Origin: Flectonema sp. DT1601
Taxonomy: Eukaryota
NCBI GenBank assembly: GCA_964019425.1
Contig: OZ025787.1
Location: forward strand, 496,001 to 560,000
Direction of reading: 5' to 3'
DNA length: 64,000 nt
Part shown: one piece after another, positions 43,586 to 56,085 of the stretch
Position numbering within the stretch: position 1 is the stretch's first letter
How the letters are laid out: each line of letters begins with the position of its first letter
Position numbers and translations under genes: made by a program
The notes under the pieces: generated by a model
The model's input: only the letters and a program-made list of their open reading frames with translations
What the model was told of the DNA's origin: nothing
Database searches by the model: none

Positions 43586-44602
43586 TTGGATATCTGCTAG
43601 CTGCAGTCTACTAACATATAATTGGAAGCAGTTGACAACTTTACTCTACTCCGTTAGACAACTCACCAACCGTACAGATAGCTAAGGGCGCTAGAGATTC
43701 GTTCTCTGATCGTACCGACGTATCACACTGGGATTCATTTAAGGTCTTTGGACAAAAATAATAGGAAGGAAAAAAAAAAAAGGGGGAGAATCTCGAAATA
43801 CTGAGTAGCACTGTATCCGTAGCGATTGGGTTCATTGAGAAAAAATGACATAAAAGCTGCAGCGATGCCAACGAGGGAAATGGAAGAAGAGAAAAAAAAA
43901 AAAAAAAAAAAAAAGACTATTTATAACGAAATTATTTTTAGTATATTTTGTATCCGTTTTTTTTGAGTACATTTTGTTCAGACAAATAAGGAAAATGTGT
44001 TTCTAAAGAGAATTCCAAGACACGATTTTTTTTGCTTTTTTTAAAAAAAAAAAAGAAATTAGTAAAAAATATTTTCCACCTCACAGTTTCACAAAATAGT
44101 AAACAACTCACTTACACACATTTATGGGTCTCATAAATGACGGAGGATGGTTTAATGGTATTCCACCACCTCAAAAGAGTATGTTTTGTCTGATATTCAT
44201 GATAAGTAATGAAACCAAACCTGTACACACTCAAAACAGAAAAAAAGAAGCAAAACGCAATGCCTCTGACAAGGCAAATAGTAGCGGCTGCGGGGAATGA
44301 AACAGCGGGATCTGCAACTTACGTACCGATGGTTAATGTTGCAGGGACTGTAGGAACAACACCAGTTAATCTAACTATTGGACTAAATAGATCGTTGTAA
44401 TACAATTGTGTATCTCATACTTAATCTTCGTGTCGATGCACTTTGTTTTAGGAGTTACCGAGCGTTGAACCCGTTAGCGTTCCATTTCGTGTTACACATT
44501 AGTTGATGCTCAACACGTTATCCAGAAAGGTGATGAGAGTCAAATTAACAGCTTTACTTTACAACTTTAATTATACAGCATCACAAATAACAATAGTTAA
44601 CA

Positions 44603-46567
44603 ATGTGTGGTATCTTCGCTTACATTAACTTCAGAAAGCAAAAGAAGGTAAAGGAGATTATTGAAATATTAATTGGAGGATTGAAGAGACTAGAGTACCG
44701 TGGGTATGACAGTGCTGGGTTTTGTGTAGACCAGGTGAATGGAGTAGCTATTCTAAAGAGAACTGGAAATGTCGCAGTTCTCGAAGCAGCAGCAGCAGAA
44801 AATGAAACAAACGTTGATATGGAAGCTGTTGTTGATAATCACTCTGGTATTGCTCACACCAGATGGGCTACTCACGGTAAGCCATGTAACCAAAACGCGC
44901 ATCCAATTTCTTCAGGAGAAGGAGATGACTTTGTTGTTGTGCACAATGGAATTATCACTAACTTTAACACTTTGAAGACATTCTTCACAAAGCGTGGTGA
45001 AACCTTCGTATCTGAAACCGACACGGAAGTCATCTGCAAGCTTCTCAAGTACCTTCACGATGCCCAAACTCCTCGTGATCGCAAGGAGCCTATGCAGTTC
45101 CACTACCTTGTAATGGAAGCCATGGCAGAGCTTGAAGGAGCGTTTGCTCTGGTAGTAAAGTCGATTCACTATCCAGGAGAAGTTATTTGCTGCAAGAGAG
45201 GTTCTCCGATGATTGTTGGAATCAAGGGTGCTTCCTTTGAAGAAACCAAAACGATCAACGACAGTGAACCGAAGGAACTGTTTGTGGCCTCTGATGCGTC
45301 TGCCATTGTCGAGCACACTCGCTCTGTGATGTACCTGGAGGACGAAGATGTACTTCACTGTGATAAGAATGGTGAGTGCAAGACGTACAACACCAAATCT
45401 GACAAGAAGCTTGAAGCCTTGGGAGACGGTGTCAGACTCCTTCACCAAATGAACATGGAACTCCATCAAATTATGAAGGGTAACTACGATCACTTTATGC
45501 AAAAAGAGATCTTTGAACAACCAGACTCGATAGTAAACACCATGAAGGGAAGAATTGACTTCGACAACAGAGTCGTATCACTCGGAGGGTTCATCGATAC
45601 CGCGCAGGATATCAGAAGTGCGAGAAGGATTTTGTTCATTGCTTGTGGAACGTCATACTACAGTGCGCAGTCGTGTAGGGCTATCCTTGAGGAACTTGTT
45701 GAAGTGCCGGTTGTTGTCGAACTTGCCTCTGATTTCATCGATAGGCAGCCTCCTATCTTTAGAGACGATGTGTGTTGTTTTGTTTCTCAATCTGGTGAAA
45801 CTGCGGACACCTACAAGGCATTAGAATACTGCAAGGCAAAACACGCTCTGACTGTTGGGTTCACCAACGTTGTTGGGTCTCACATTGCAAGGAAGACTCA
45901 TTGCGGAAGTTTTGTGAACGCTGGTTGCGAAATCGGTGTTGCCTCTACCAAGGCATTCACATCACAGATTACTTGTTTTCTGATGTTGGGTTTGAAGTTG
46001 AGTGAGGACTCACGTTCTAAACTCGACCGCAGAAACCAAATCTTCGACGGACTGAAGGCAACTCCAGCGATCATGACTGAGACGTTGAAACTTGATTCGA
46101 GGATGAAGGAACTTGCGGAGAGTTTGAAGAATGAGAAATCGATTTTAGTTATTGGAAGAGGTTACAACTACGCTGTTTGTTTAGAGGGTGCTCTGAAGAT
46201 CAAAGAGTTGACTTACATCCATTCTGAGGGAATTCTAGCTGGTGAATTGAAACACGGTCCACTAGCTCTAATTGATGAAGACATGGCTGTTATTATGATT
46301 GCTTCTAAGGATAGTTTATATGACAAGGTCAAGTCTGGTCTTCAGCAGATCCTCGCGAGGAAGGGTCGCCCAATTGTCTTCTTGACGGAGCCTGATGAGG
46401 AGATGAAAGCCGCGTCTGAGATTATTATGCTTCCAAAGACAGTTGACTGCCTGCAGCCTCTTATCAACATCATTCCACTGCAGCTACTCTCTTACCACTT
46501 GGCTGTCGCCAGAGGACTCAACGTTGACTGTCCTCGTAACCTTGCGAAGTCTGTTACAACTGAGTAG
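44603..46567 (+). CDS. GFA1: Glutamine:fructose-6-phosphate amidotransferase, copy 1
   Basis: MCGIF, LEYRGYDSAG, AHTRWATHG, SQSGETAD, ELKHGPLAL, PRNLAKSVTTE. Confidence 0.98.
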   Translation: MCGIFAYINFRKQKKVKEIIEILIGGLKRLEYRGYDSAGFCVDQVNGVAILKRTGNVAVLEAAAAENETNVDMEAVVDNHSGIAHTRWATHGKPCNQNAHPISSGEGDDFVVVHNGIITNFNTLKTFFTKRGETFVSETDTEVICKLLKYLHDAQTPRDRKEPMQFHYLVMEAMAELEGAFALVVKSIHYPGEVICCKRGSPMIVGIKGASFEETKTINDSEPKELFVASDASAIVEHTRSVMYLEDEDVLHCDKNGECKTYNTKSDKKLEALGDGVRLLHQMNMELHQIMKGNYDHFMQKEIFEQPDSIVNTMKGRIDFDNRVVSLGGFIDTAQDIRSARRILFIACGTSYYSAQSCRAILEELVEVPVVVELASDFIDRQPPIFRDDVCCFVSQSGETADTYKALEYCKAKHALTVGFTNVVGSHIARKTHCGSFVNAGCEIGVASTKAFTSQITCFLMLGLKLSEDSRSKLDRRNQIFDGLKATPAIMTETLKLDSRMKELAESLKNEKSILVIGRGYNYAVCLEGALKIKELTYIHSEGILAGELKHGPLALIDEDMAVIMIASKDSLYDKVKSGLQQILARKGRPIVFLTEPDEEMKAASEIIMLPKTVDCLQPLINIIPLQLLSYHLAVARGLNVDCPRNLAKSVTTE

Positions 46568-47779
46568 GTGTTTATTTATTCGTTGATTGATTATTGCGAG
46601 CAAAACCAATGCTTGTGATAAACTTCTTTCTATTTGTTGTGTTGGCGTTTCGTTTGCACGCGAATCCGTGAGCCGACTGATGCTGAGACAACTATGGAAA
46701 TTCAAATTCTTGCCGCTCGTACTATAATCGTCGAATGCAAAAAGAAAACTTCTGTACCGCCGATCTGTTATTCCACTTCAATTATCATTCTACAATATCT
46801 TTCCCTAAAGCTACTTAATGATTCTGGGGTGTTGTCTTGTTGCTGGAAGAAACCAGAGAAACTTACTTTTCCAACTAATCGTCCACAATGCACTACGAAT
46901 CTACAATCCAATTTTTTGTAGAAGAGTAACCTATCAGCTTCTTACTTCGTGTCAGCTCATTTTCAGCGACTGCGGAAAAAAAAAAACAACAACCTTCTGT
47001 TTTTGCGAAACCAACGAAACAGATTATGGCTTTGTTTTTTTTATGTTTTTTTTGTTTGTTTGTTTGTGTCATAAGTGGTTTGTTCTCTTCCCTTCCCCCT
47101 TTCCCCTCCTTTCTTTCTTTTCCATTTCAAACAAAGTGTGAGAACTTAGCAAGACCCAGTCAGTGATTTATTTCCCCCCTCCCGAATTTTTTCAGAACGT
47201 CCCCCTTACGAATTTAATTTTTTTTTTTTTTTGTCATCTTGAAATTTATTTCGTTGTCCTTAATTTTGCGAGAGTCTGTGACTCACGACTTAGCTTGGCT
47301 TCTTTGACTGGCGTTAGTTTGAAGTTATTTAATTTCGGGTAAGTTTTGAGTTTTATCTAGAGCTTGACTTATCTGAGTAGTTTTGAAACGATCCAGTCAG
47401 AATGATTGAATTTCATATATTGAAAGAGTCAGCCTAACTACGTGAGTTACAAAACACGACTTCTCTGAACATTATTATTATTTTTTTTTTAAATTTTTCT
47501 ATTTTTTCTTACTACGGAAATAAGTAACAAAATTCGAGAGTAATCTTTCTCTTGGAACTTCGTACGTCTGCTACTGGATGGGTGTAATTAGTGCATTGTG
47601 CACAATGTCATAATTGTTAGTACTTCAGGAGGTGGCTGTTATTATTTTATATTATTTGCAGGTTTAGATCTCAAGTGTGCAATATAACACAAGGAGGATA
47701 TATTAGAGTGGGATGAAGTTGTGTTTTTTTTCATAGTTAATTTTCTAGTGTCCAGCTAAACAAATAACAATAGTTAACA

Positions 47780-49744
47780 ATGTGTGGTATCTTCGCTTAC
47801 ATTAACTTCAGAAAGCAAAAGAAGGTAAAGGAGATTATTGAAATATTAATTGGAGGATTGAAGAGACTAGAGTACCGTGGGTATGACAGTGCTGGGTTTT
47901 GTGTAGACCAGGTGAATGGAGTAGCTATTCTAAAGAGAACTGGAAATGTCGCAGTTCTCGAAGCAGCAGCAGCAGAAAATGAAACAAACGTTGACATGGA
48001 AGCTGTTGTTGATAATCACTCTGGTATTGCTCACACCAGATGGGCTACTCACGGTAAGCCATGTAACCAAAACGCGCATCCAATTTCTTCAGGAGAAGGA
48101 GATGACTTTGTTGTTGTGCACAATGGAATTATCACTAACTTTAACACTTTGAAGACATTCTTCACAAAGCGTGGTGAAACCTTCGTATCCGAAACCGACA
48201 CGGAAGTCATCTGCAAGCTTCTCAAGTACCTTCACGATGCCCAAACTCCTCGTGATCGCAAGGAGCCTATGCAGTTCCACTACCTTGTAATGGAAGCCAT
48301 GGCAGAGCTTGAAGGAGCGTTTGCTCTGGTAGTAAAGTCGATTCACTATCCAGGAGAAGTTATTTGCTGCAAGAGAGGTTCTCCGATGATTGTTGGAATT
48401 AAGGGTGCTTCCTTTGAAGAAACCAAAACGATCAACGACAGTGAGCCGAAGGAACTGTTTGTGGCCTCTGATGCGTCTGCTATTGTCGAGCACACTCGCT
48501 CTGTGATGTACCTGGAGGACGAAGATGTACTTCACTGTGATAAGAATGGTGAGTGCAAGACGTACAACACCAAATCTGACAAGAAGCTTGAAGCCTTGGG
48601 AGACGGTGTCAGACTCCTTCACCAAATGAACATGGAACTCCATCAAATTATGAAGGGTAACTACGATCACTTTATGCAAAAGGAGATCTTTGAACAACCA
48701 GACTCGATAGTAAACACCATGAAGGGAAGAATTGACTTCGACAGCAAAGTCGTATCACTCGGAGGGTTCATCGATACCGCGCAGGATATCAGAAGTGCGA
48801 GAAGGATTTTGTTCATTGCTTGTGGAACGTCATACTACAGTGCGCAGTCGTGTAGAGCGATCCTTGAGGAACTTGTTGAAGTACCGGTTGTTGTCGAACT
48901 TGCCTCTGATTTCATCGACAGGGAGCCTCCTATCTTTAGAGACGATGTGTGTTGTTTTGTTTCTCAATCTGGTGAAACTGCGGACACCTACAAGGCATTA
49001 GAATACTGCAAGGCAAAGCACGCTCTGACTGTTGGGTTCACCAACGTTGTTGGGTCTCACATTGCAAGGAAGACTCATTGCGGAAGTTTTGTGAACGCTG
49101 GTTGCGAAATCGGTGTTGCCTCTACCAAGGCATTCACATCACAAATTACTTGTTTTCTGATGTTGGGTTTGAAGTTGAGTGAGGACTCACGTTCTAAACT
49201 CGACCGCAGAAACCAAATCTTCGACGGACTGAAGGCAACTCCAGCGATCATGACTGAGACGTTGAAACTTGATTCGAGGATGAAGGAACTTGCAGAGAGT
49301 TTGAAGAATGAGAAATCGATTTTAGTTATTGGAAGAGGTTACAACTACGCTGTTTGTTTAGAGGGTGCTCTGAAGATCAAAGAGTTGACTTACATCCATT
49401 CTGAGGGAATTCTAGCTGGTGAATTGAAACACGGTCCACTAGCTCTAATTGATGAAGACATGGCTGTTATTATGATTGCTTCTAAGGATAGTTTATATGA
49501 CAAGGTCAAGTCTGGTCTTCAGCAGATCCTCGCGAGGAAGGGTCGCCCAATTGTCTTCTTGACGGAGCCTGATGAGGAGATGAAGGCCGCGTCTGAGATT
49601 ATTATGCTTCCAAAGACAGTTGACTGCCTGCAGCCTCTTATCAACATCATTCCACTGCAGCTACTCTCTTACCACTTGGCTGTCGCCAGAGGACTCAACG
49701 TTGATTGTCCTCGTAACCTTGCGAAGTCTGTTACAACTGAGTAG
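47780..49744 (+). CDS. GFA1: Glutamine:fructose-6-phosphate amidotransferase, copy 2
   Basis: Near-identical to copy 1 (DSKV vs DNRV; DREP vs DRQP). Confidence 0.98.
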   Translation: MCGIFAYINFRKQKKVKEIIEILIGGLKRLEYRGYDSAGFCVDQVNGVAILKRTGNVAVLEAAAAENETNVDMEAVVDNHSGIAHTRWATHGKPCNQNAHPISSGEGDDFVVVHNGIITNFNTLKTFFTKRGETFVSETDTEVICKLLKYLHDAQTPRDRKEPMQFHYLVMEAMAELEGAFALVVKSIHYPGEVICCKRGSPMIVGIKGASFEETKTINDSEPKELFVASDASAIVEHTRSVMYLEDEDVLHCDKNGECKTYNTKSDKKLEALGDGVRLLHQMNMELHQIMKGNYDHFMQKEIFEQPDSIVNTMKGRIDFDSKVVSLGGFIDTAQDIRSARRILFIACGTSYYSAQSCRAILEELVEVPVVVELASDFIDREPPIFRDDVCCFVSQSGETADTYKALEYCKAKHALTVGFTNVVGSHIARKTHCGSFVNAGCEIGVASTKAFTSQITCFLMLGLKLSEDSRSKLDRRNQIFDGLKATPAIMTETLKLDSRMKELAESLKNEKSILVIGRGYNYAVCLEGALKIKELTYIHSEGILAGELKHGPLALIDEDMAVIMIASKDSLYDKVKSGLQQILARKGRPIVFLTEPDEEMKAASEIIMLPKTVDCLQPLINIIPLQLLSYHLAVARGLNVDCPRNLAKSVTTE

Positions 49745-51053
49745 GTGTTTATTTATTCGTTGATTGATTATTGCGAGCAAAACCAATGCTTGTGATAAAC
49801 TTCTTTCTATTTGTTGTGTTGGCGTTTCGTTTGCACGCGAATCCGTGAGCCGACTGATGCTGAGACAACTGTGGAAATTCAAATTCTTGCCGCTCGTACT
49901 ATAATCGTCGAATGCAAAGAGAAAACTTCTGTACCGCCGATCTGTTATTCCTTCAGACCCAAAGTAATCGGTTGACCTCTTTTGTGAGGCGTACCTCAAT
50001 TGGCTCCTAAGCCTGTTACGGGACGAGCTGATCGTCGCCTTTCATCGCGTCATCGAAAACTCACTTTGGGCTATTTTTTTTTATTGTTATTTTATACATT
50101 CTGTGTGGAAAAATATCTGTTTTTCTTTCTTCCTTTTTTTCTTTCAAATCAATGGTTTAAGTTGCGCTGGAAATGGCAACTAATTACCTTTCTTTCAGGT
50201 TAGCAAAGTTGCCGAAGGCACCTGGCGATTAATTAATTATATACTGTAGAGAGTGTTTACTATTCCTTTGTGCCTTGATCTTGACTCTTATCGATGGCTT
50301 GGGGTTATGGTGATTTGAAGTTATTTAATTTCGGGTAAGTCTTGAGCTTTATCTGGAGCTTGATTTATCTGAGTAGTTTTAAATGCCCTGTTCTACATTC
50401 TTTGTAGGTTTTGTTTTCTCGTTGCGAGTTTTGCGGTGTATGACTGAAAGTCAACAAAACTTTTTCACTCCATCCTTATAGTGTTATTTTTTTGTTACCC
50501 CCTCTCCTCCTTTTCCACATTTCTCTTCCTTTCTAGTTCGATTTTTATCTTTCTGGTATCCAACAACGCTCTCTACCATTTTTTGCATCCAACATCTTCT
50601 TTCTCACCGGTGATAATCTCACGGGTTTGTTGGTAAAACAAATTAACAAAGACAAAAACAAAACATAATAGGGTATTCTGCTCAACCTGCTTTCTTGTAC
50701 TGCCATGCCATGAGCAGTCACAAGGAGGTTATCGAGACAGATACGCTGATTTGTCAAAAGCTCTTGTTGTTTTTTTTTTTTAAGGTAAGTTTTCTTTTTT
50801 TTTTTCTGCTCTTTTTTTCACACTTTACTTTTTTATTTTCATTGGCCAAATCCATTTTTACGAAAAAAAAGAATAGGAAAAAAAAAAAATAATAAAAAAT
50901 GATCACTACCAAATGACTTTACTTTATTTCACAGCAATAACCTCCAATTAACATGATGGCTCTCACTGACGCAGTTCTATTTTCCATTGACAGATCGATG
51001 TTTTGTTTGCATTTTAGTTTTTTTTTCAAAAAAATCAGACATAACTTAGCAAT

Positions 51054-52484
51054 ATGAGATCTTTTGCAACAGCAGCCTCTCTGCTGTTTTCAGCATCAGT
51101 TGTTTCTGGTGATGTGAAAGCTGATTTGGTCCCGCAGCTTCCATTCTTTCCAGCATCACCATTTAAAGTGTACTCTGGGTATCTTGAAGTACCAGGACCA
51201 GTAGCTGGTTATGACAAATTAATGATTCATTATCAATTTGATGTGTGTCAGAAATCGGACCCCAACTCACCTGTTGTATCTTGGCACACTGGAGGACCAG
51301 GAGGTAGCTCTTTGTATGGACAATATGCTGAAATGGGATACTTTCAAGTCGACAGTCAGGGAACGTACACTAATGAATACGCCTGGAACAGATTAGTCAA
51401 CATGCTTTACTTAGAAAGTCCTGCTGGGTCCTTCTTGTCACCAACAAACAGACAAAGTGGATTTTCTTATTGTGAAAAGAACGGGAAAATTGAAAAGACC
51501 TGTAAGTGGAATGACACTTCTCAGGCGGAAGCATACGGACACACACTGATTGCTTTTTTTAATGCTTTCCCAGAATACAAGAACCGTGATTTCTACCTGA
51601 CTGGAGAGAGCTATGCTGGTCAGTACGTACCGAATATCGCAAATTATCTACTGACTGCTGACATTACCAAAGACATCAACCTCAAGGGTATTGCTGTTGG
51701 AAATGGTTGTTGGGGAGGTGACGCCACATCGGTAAAGTGTAATGGGCCAAACACTGAACAAAATGATGTTGATTTCTACTACGGTAAAGGTCTTGTTAGT
51801 AAGAAGATGTACAACAAGGCTTACTCCTCATGTAAGTTTAACACAAAGTACTCTCCTAGTGTCTTATGTGATGCTGCCTTAGCTGAACTTCATGAACAAG
51901 TTGGACCACACAATGTGTACAATGTTTATGATAACTGTCCTGGAGTTGCAAAAGACTTCAGCGGTAAGCAAATGTTAGAACTAAAGCGTCAATTACGTGA
52001 TGGTAACGTCACTGTCGAGGGTGGTTACGATTGGACTTGTGGACAGTTTTCTGCTGTTCCAAATTACATGTTACGACCTGACGTAAGGAAAGCCCTTCAC
52101 TTGGAACAGGTTTACCCATCAGGGTTTTCATACACACAATCTGGTCCTGCGAGTATTACTTTGTACCCAAAATTAGCGTCTAAAATTAGAGTATTAATAT
52201 ACAATGGTGATGCTGATACTTGTGTTCCATACAATGGTAATGAAGAATGGACTACAGGATTAGCTAAGGCGGGTGTTCTCACTAAAAAGCAAGATTGGCA
52301 TCCATGGATGCAGGCTGGTTCCACTATTCCAACTGGATACGCAACAACCTACACGTCGACGGAAACTCCAGAGAACGACTTTTCATTTGTTACAGTAAGA
52401 CTTGCTGGTCACGAAGTTCCAAACTACAGACCAAAGGCGTCATTCTACATGTTTGAGAAGTTCATTACTAAGAAGGGGTTTTAA
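51054..52484 (+). CDS. Serine carboxypeptidase (S10)
   Basis: Signal peptide, WHTGGPGGSS, GESYAG, YNGDAD, AGHEVP. Confidence 0.95.
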   Translation: MRSFATAASLLFSASVVSGDVKADLVPQLPFFPASPFKVYSGYLEVPGPVAGYDKLMIHYQFDVCQKSDPNSPVVSWHTGGPGGSSLYGQYAEMGYFQVDSQGTYTNEYAWNRLVNMLYLESPAGSFLSPTNRQSGFSYCEKNGKIEKTCKWNDTSQAEAYGHTLIAFFNAFPEYKNRDFYLTGESYAGQYVPNIANYLLTADITKDINLKGIAVGNGCWGGDATSVKCNGPNTEQNDVDFYYGKGLVSKKMYNKAYSSCKFNTKYSPSVLCDAALAELHEQVGPHNVYNVYDNCPGVAKDFSGKQMLELKRQLRDGNVTVEGGYDWTCGQFSAVPNYMLRPDVRKALHLEQVYPSGFSYTQSGPASITLYPKLASKIRVLIYNGDADTCVPYNGNEEWTTGLAKAGVLTKKQDWHPWMQAGSTIPTGYATTYTSTETPENDFSFVTVRLAGHEVPNYRPKASFYMFEKFITKKGF

Positions 52485-53085
52485 AGACGTTTGGGTTTGC
52501 TACGGGAGTTGATGAAATTGTTTTTTGTTCTCTCTCATCAAATCACCAGACTACAGATATGGGACGCTCTGATAGTACGTGTTCGACAGGGTATATTTTC
52601 CTTTTTATGTTTTCTTTTTTCTAATAACTTGTTGCTGTTCTTACGTTGTCAAAGTTTCACCTCCTCTAATCACCTTAAAAGGAATTATCAAAATTGGTTT
52701 GTCTTTTCTTTAACAAAGGAATGAAGCTGCTCGATTGCTTCATTTCTGTTTAGAAGAAAAAACGACAGCCTACATCTGTGTAGTATCCTCGTTGTTGTTT
52801 TGTAGGGTGGTTGTCTCGCAATATTTATTTTCTCGCTTTTTTTTCTTTCTTTTTTTTTTTTACGAAAAGAAGATTGATGTTGCCATAGTAAGCTTGTTAC
52901 AACCTCCTTTATCTGTTCCTTGTTTGTTGCATTGAAATAGTGGATGGGAAAGTTTATTACGAATGTGTTGTTATTGTTGAGTCAATCTCTCTTTTTTATA
53001 TTTCGAAAAAAAATTATTTTCTTATATTCATTCCATTAACTGACTCATATTCCTAACTATTCTAATTAACATTCCAGAGGCAACA

Positions 53086-53391
53086 TATAAGATTAAGGCC
53101 TGGAGGGGGACAAGTAGTATAAGATTAAGGCTCCTGAAACTACGTATTCCACAAGTGTTTTATGGAACAGCAGAACAATTGTGTTTTGTAGGTTTTCTTT
53201 TTTTTATATTTTGATTTAGTGCAGCTATCTTATAATAAACTTATATTCTAATATTCCAGTCAAACGCAATGAGTAGGACTAGCCTGACACCGCGGTGCCC
53301 CTTTGCTTTCTTCGCTAACCATTATTAGGTTAGTTGTCCTACGAATTTTTGCATTTAATCTTTTTGATTGACTGCTAACTATTAATACTAA
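53086..53391 (+). mobile_element. Truncated copy of the ribozyme-bearing repeat: family A lacking CTGATGA, then family B with its core deleted, then the linker
   Basis: GGGACAAGTAGTATAAGATTAAGGCTCCTGAAACTACGTATTCCA at about 53107-53151; ATGAGTAGGAC...CTTTCTTCGCT|AACCATTATT...GTCCTACGAA at about 53269-53345. Confidence 0.8.
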
Positions 53392-53501
53392 GAAACATTC
53401 CAGGTACGTATGTTGTGAAGGTCTTTCGATCCCCGTCTGGATATACTTGAACAACTTAACTTCTCTCAGTCACATATAAATTAATAGATGACTTGTTGGT
53501 G

Positions 53502-55663
53502 ATGATTCCACGCTCGGCAGCACTCGCCTCGGTGCTGTCCTACAGCGCATGTCAGGTGGTTATGATCATCGTGAACAAGGCGTTAATAAGTTTTTATGGA
53601 TTTAAAGAAGTTACATTCTTACTGTTTAGTCAGAATGTCGGATTAGCTGTTGCTCTAGTATTGATTTGGGTTGTCGGTGGCTATCGTTGGAAAGTTTCAC
53701 GCAATGTCTTTTTTGCTTTAATTCCTCTTTGGGGGCTTTATATTTGCTATTTGAGTACCGGATTAAGATCACTTGACGTGTTGAGTGTTCCGATATACAC
53801 TTTAATGAAAAATAGTTGTTTGGTGTTTATTGCTGTCGTTGAAAATGTAATACACAGCACGCAACATACAAAACCTGTACTAGCTTCTTTATTTATAATC
53901 CTCACAGGTATTATTATCGGGCAGGATTCAACTGGAGGGACGAGTTCCTCTCGAATTGGAATATTATGGATGCTGCTCCATATGTATTTTAATGTGTTTT
54001 ATGCTATATATACAAGAGAAGTTATGGATCGATGGAAGCCTTCGAAATTAGAGTCACTGACGTGTAGTTGTGTTGTGTCTTTACCGCTCTATGGGATGAT
54101 GATATCTGGTTTTACAGCGTGGGAAGATTCTGTGAATCAGAGTACGTTTTTATCTTTTTTTTTTTAAAACAAGAAATTTAATTTAATTTAATTAAAAAAA
54201 AAAAAAAAAAAAAAACAGTGCGTGCTCTGTACCAATTACACGGATGGGCCTTTGCTCTCACCTACTTAACCAGTTCTTTGATGGGTGCGATGTTAACGTT
54301 TTCGATATTTTGGATTTGTCAAGAAACGTCTGCCTTAACCCTTGCTGTGGTATGTGTTTTTCTGTATAATAGAAATTAGTACAAAAAAAATAAATAAATA
54401 AAACCAATAAAACAGGTTGGCAGTTTCAACAAAGTACCTATCGTGGTAACCTCCTTAATGATCTTCAACACACCCTTAACTGCAAGGAATGTGTTCGGAT
54501 TAATGATTGTATTATTTGGGTCATTGGCATATGCCTTTGGATCGAGATACCATCCAGCGCAACCAGTTAAAAGAGCTCTGACAGTTACTAATGTGTTAGT
54601 AGTTGTTGGGGTTATTTCGTTTGTGTCAAGTCAACTAAAAAGTATAATTATGGGAAATGATTTGTGTTTTAAGGAGCAACTAGAAACCTCAGACGACGTG
54701 GCTACCCTCATAGTAAAGTATCCTGGTGATGCGGGTGAGGTTTCTGGAGAGGAATTTGTGTCACAATATCTCCCTCCATTATTTGCTTTACTGCAAAGAG
54801 ATCCTGGTTGGGTTCCTCACAAGCTGCCTGCTAAAAGCGAACCGCTTCGATTGGCAGGTGTTGCTCCTCTTCTACTAGTTAACGATACTAAAAGTTTATT
54901 ACTACACCCGGAACTACTTCCTTATATTGGATCTATTTTTGGAGAAGTTCTAATAGAATCGAATGGAGCGTTGTTGAGAGTTGTTCGTGATCGAAACTGG
55001 GTAATCCCTGATGAAAACAGTTGGCAGTACCTGGTATTAACTAGCGCTGTGATGAACCCATCACGTGCTATGACTTACGTAGCAATCGACGCTTCTACAG
55101 CAGTTTGCTCTCTCAGAGCAAAAAATGCTTTAACACATAGTTTTGCAAGAGAGCCGTGTTCCGCGTCTACACCGTTGCGAAACTCTCCTGGTCAACTAGG
55201 TGTTGGAAAGTTGTTATCAGTTCCTGGTAAGTTAATATTGGAAACAGCGATGAAAAGAGAAAAAGGATCGTGGGTGACTATTCAGGAAGAAAAAGTTGAA
55301 TCTCCATCAACACGGAGAATTCTCAGCTGTGTTTCTGCAGCAAAAGCTCTCAGAATGGACGACATACATCCAGTGTCAGCTAATAATGGTGTTGGACGAC
55401 GTCGTAGATCATCATTACCTCTGGCGGTAAGAGTGTGGTATGATTCACAACCTCATCGGGCTGCTGCTTCTGTTGCCAGATGTCCTTATAATTCAGAAGC
55501 TCATGTCGACGCTAATATTGTTCGTAAGCAACATCTGCACAATACAATCCGATGTGACCTCGGACTAGGCAACTCTTTAATATTCTTTTCAACGATCGCA
55601 GTGATTTCTGTTGTACTTTTAGTAATAATGTGGTTTATGTTTCCTATTACTGTTCATCGTTAG
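53502..55663 (+). CDS. GDP-sugar transporter-like protein (VRG4/GONST/LPG2 type) with a long C-terminal extension; exons 53502-54141, 54219-54349, 54416-55663
   Basis: MIIVNKAL, LSVPIYTLMKN and the spliced ETSALTLAV|VGSFNKVP (variant of the GxLNK motif). Introns keep the frame. Confidence 0.8.
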
Positions 55664-56085
55664 TCTTCAGTAAAGAGCCTTACCTTGCATCACACAGTTG
55701 GTGTTTAATCCCGTTTACCCTTACCCACGTGATAAGACCGTATTGTTTAGTGTTAATAAAGCAAATTTGATACTTTTCGGAATCGACTTTTGTTTATATT
55801 TTTATTAACCTTATATATAATTCTCGGCAAGAAATGGCAAGCCGGTTTTGCTTCCTGCTGTGCTCGTTATGGCATTTCGTTTGGTTTTTTCTGTTTTTTG
55901 CGGTCAATTCACGGTCTTGAGAGGTATTATGTGTACCCCTTTTTACCTTCGTAAAGAAAGAAGGTGAGCAGGGATAACAAAAAATAAACCATGACTTCCT
56001 TAGTATACCGATAGAGAAGTAATATAATCATACATAAATCCATTCAGAACACACACAACAATGTTATGTATATGAAAATGGATTA

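Noticed and set aside
44912..48697. 202-aa minus-strand ORFs opposite GFAT, and similar ones opposite RPS3
   Set aside because: Antisense shadows of codon-biased genes.
44603..49744. GFAT and RPS3 duplicates as assembly artefacts
   Set aside because: The copies differ by substitutions and have different flanks, and one RPS3 copy carries a MITE.
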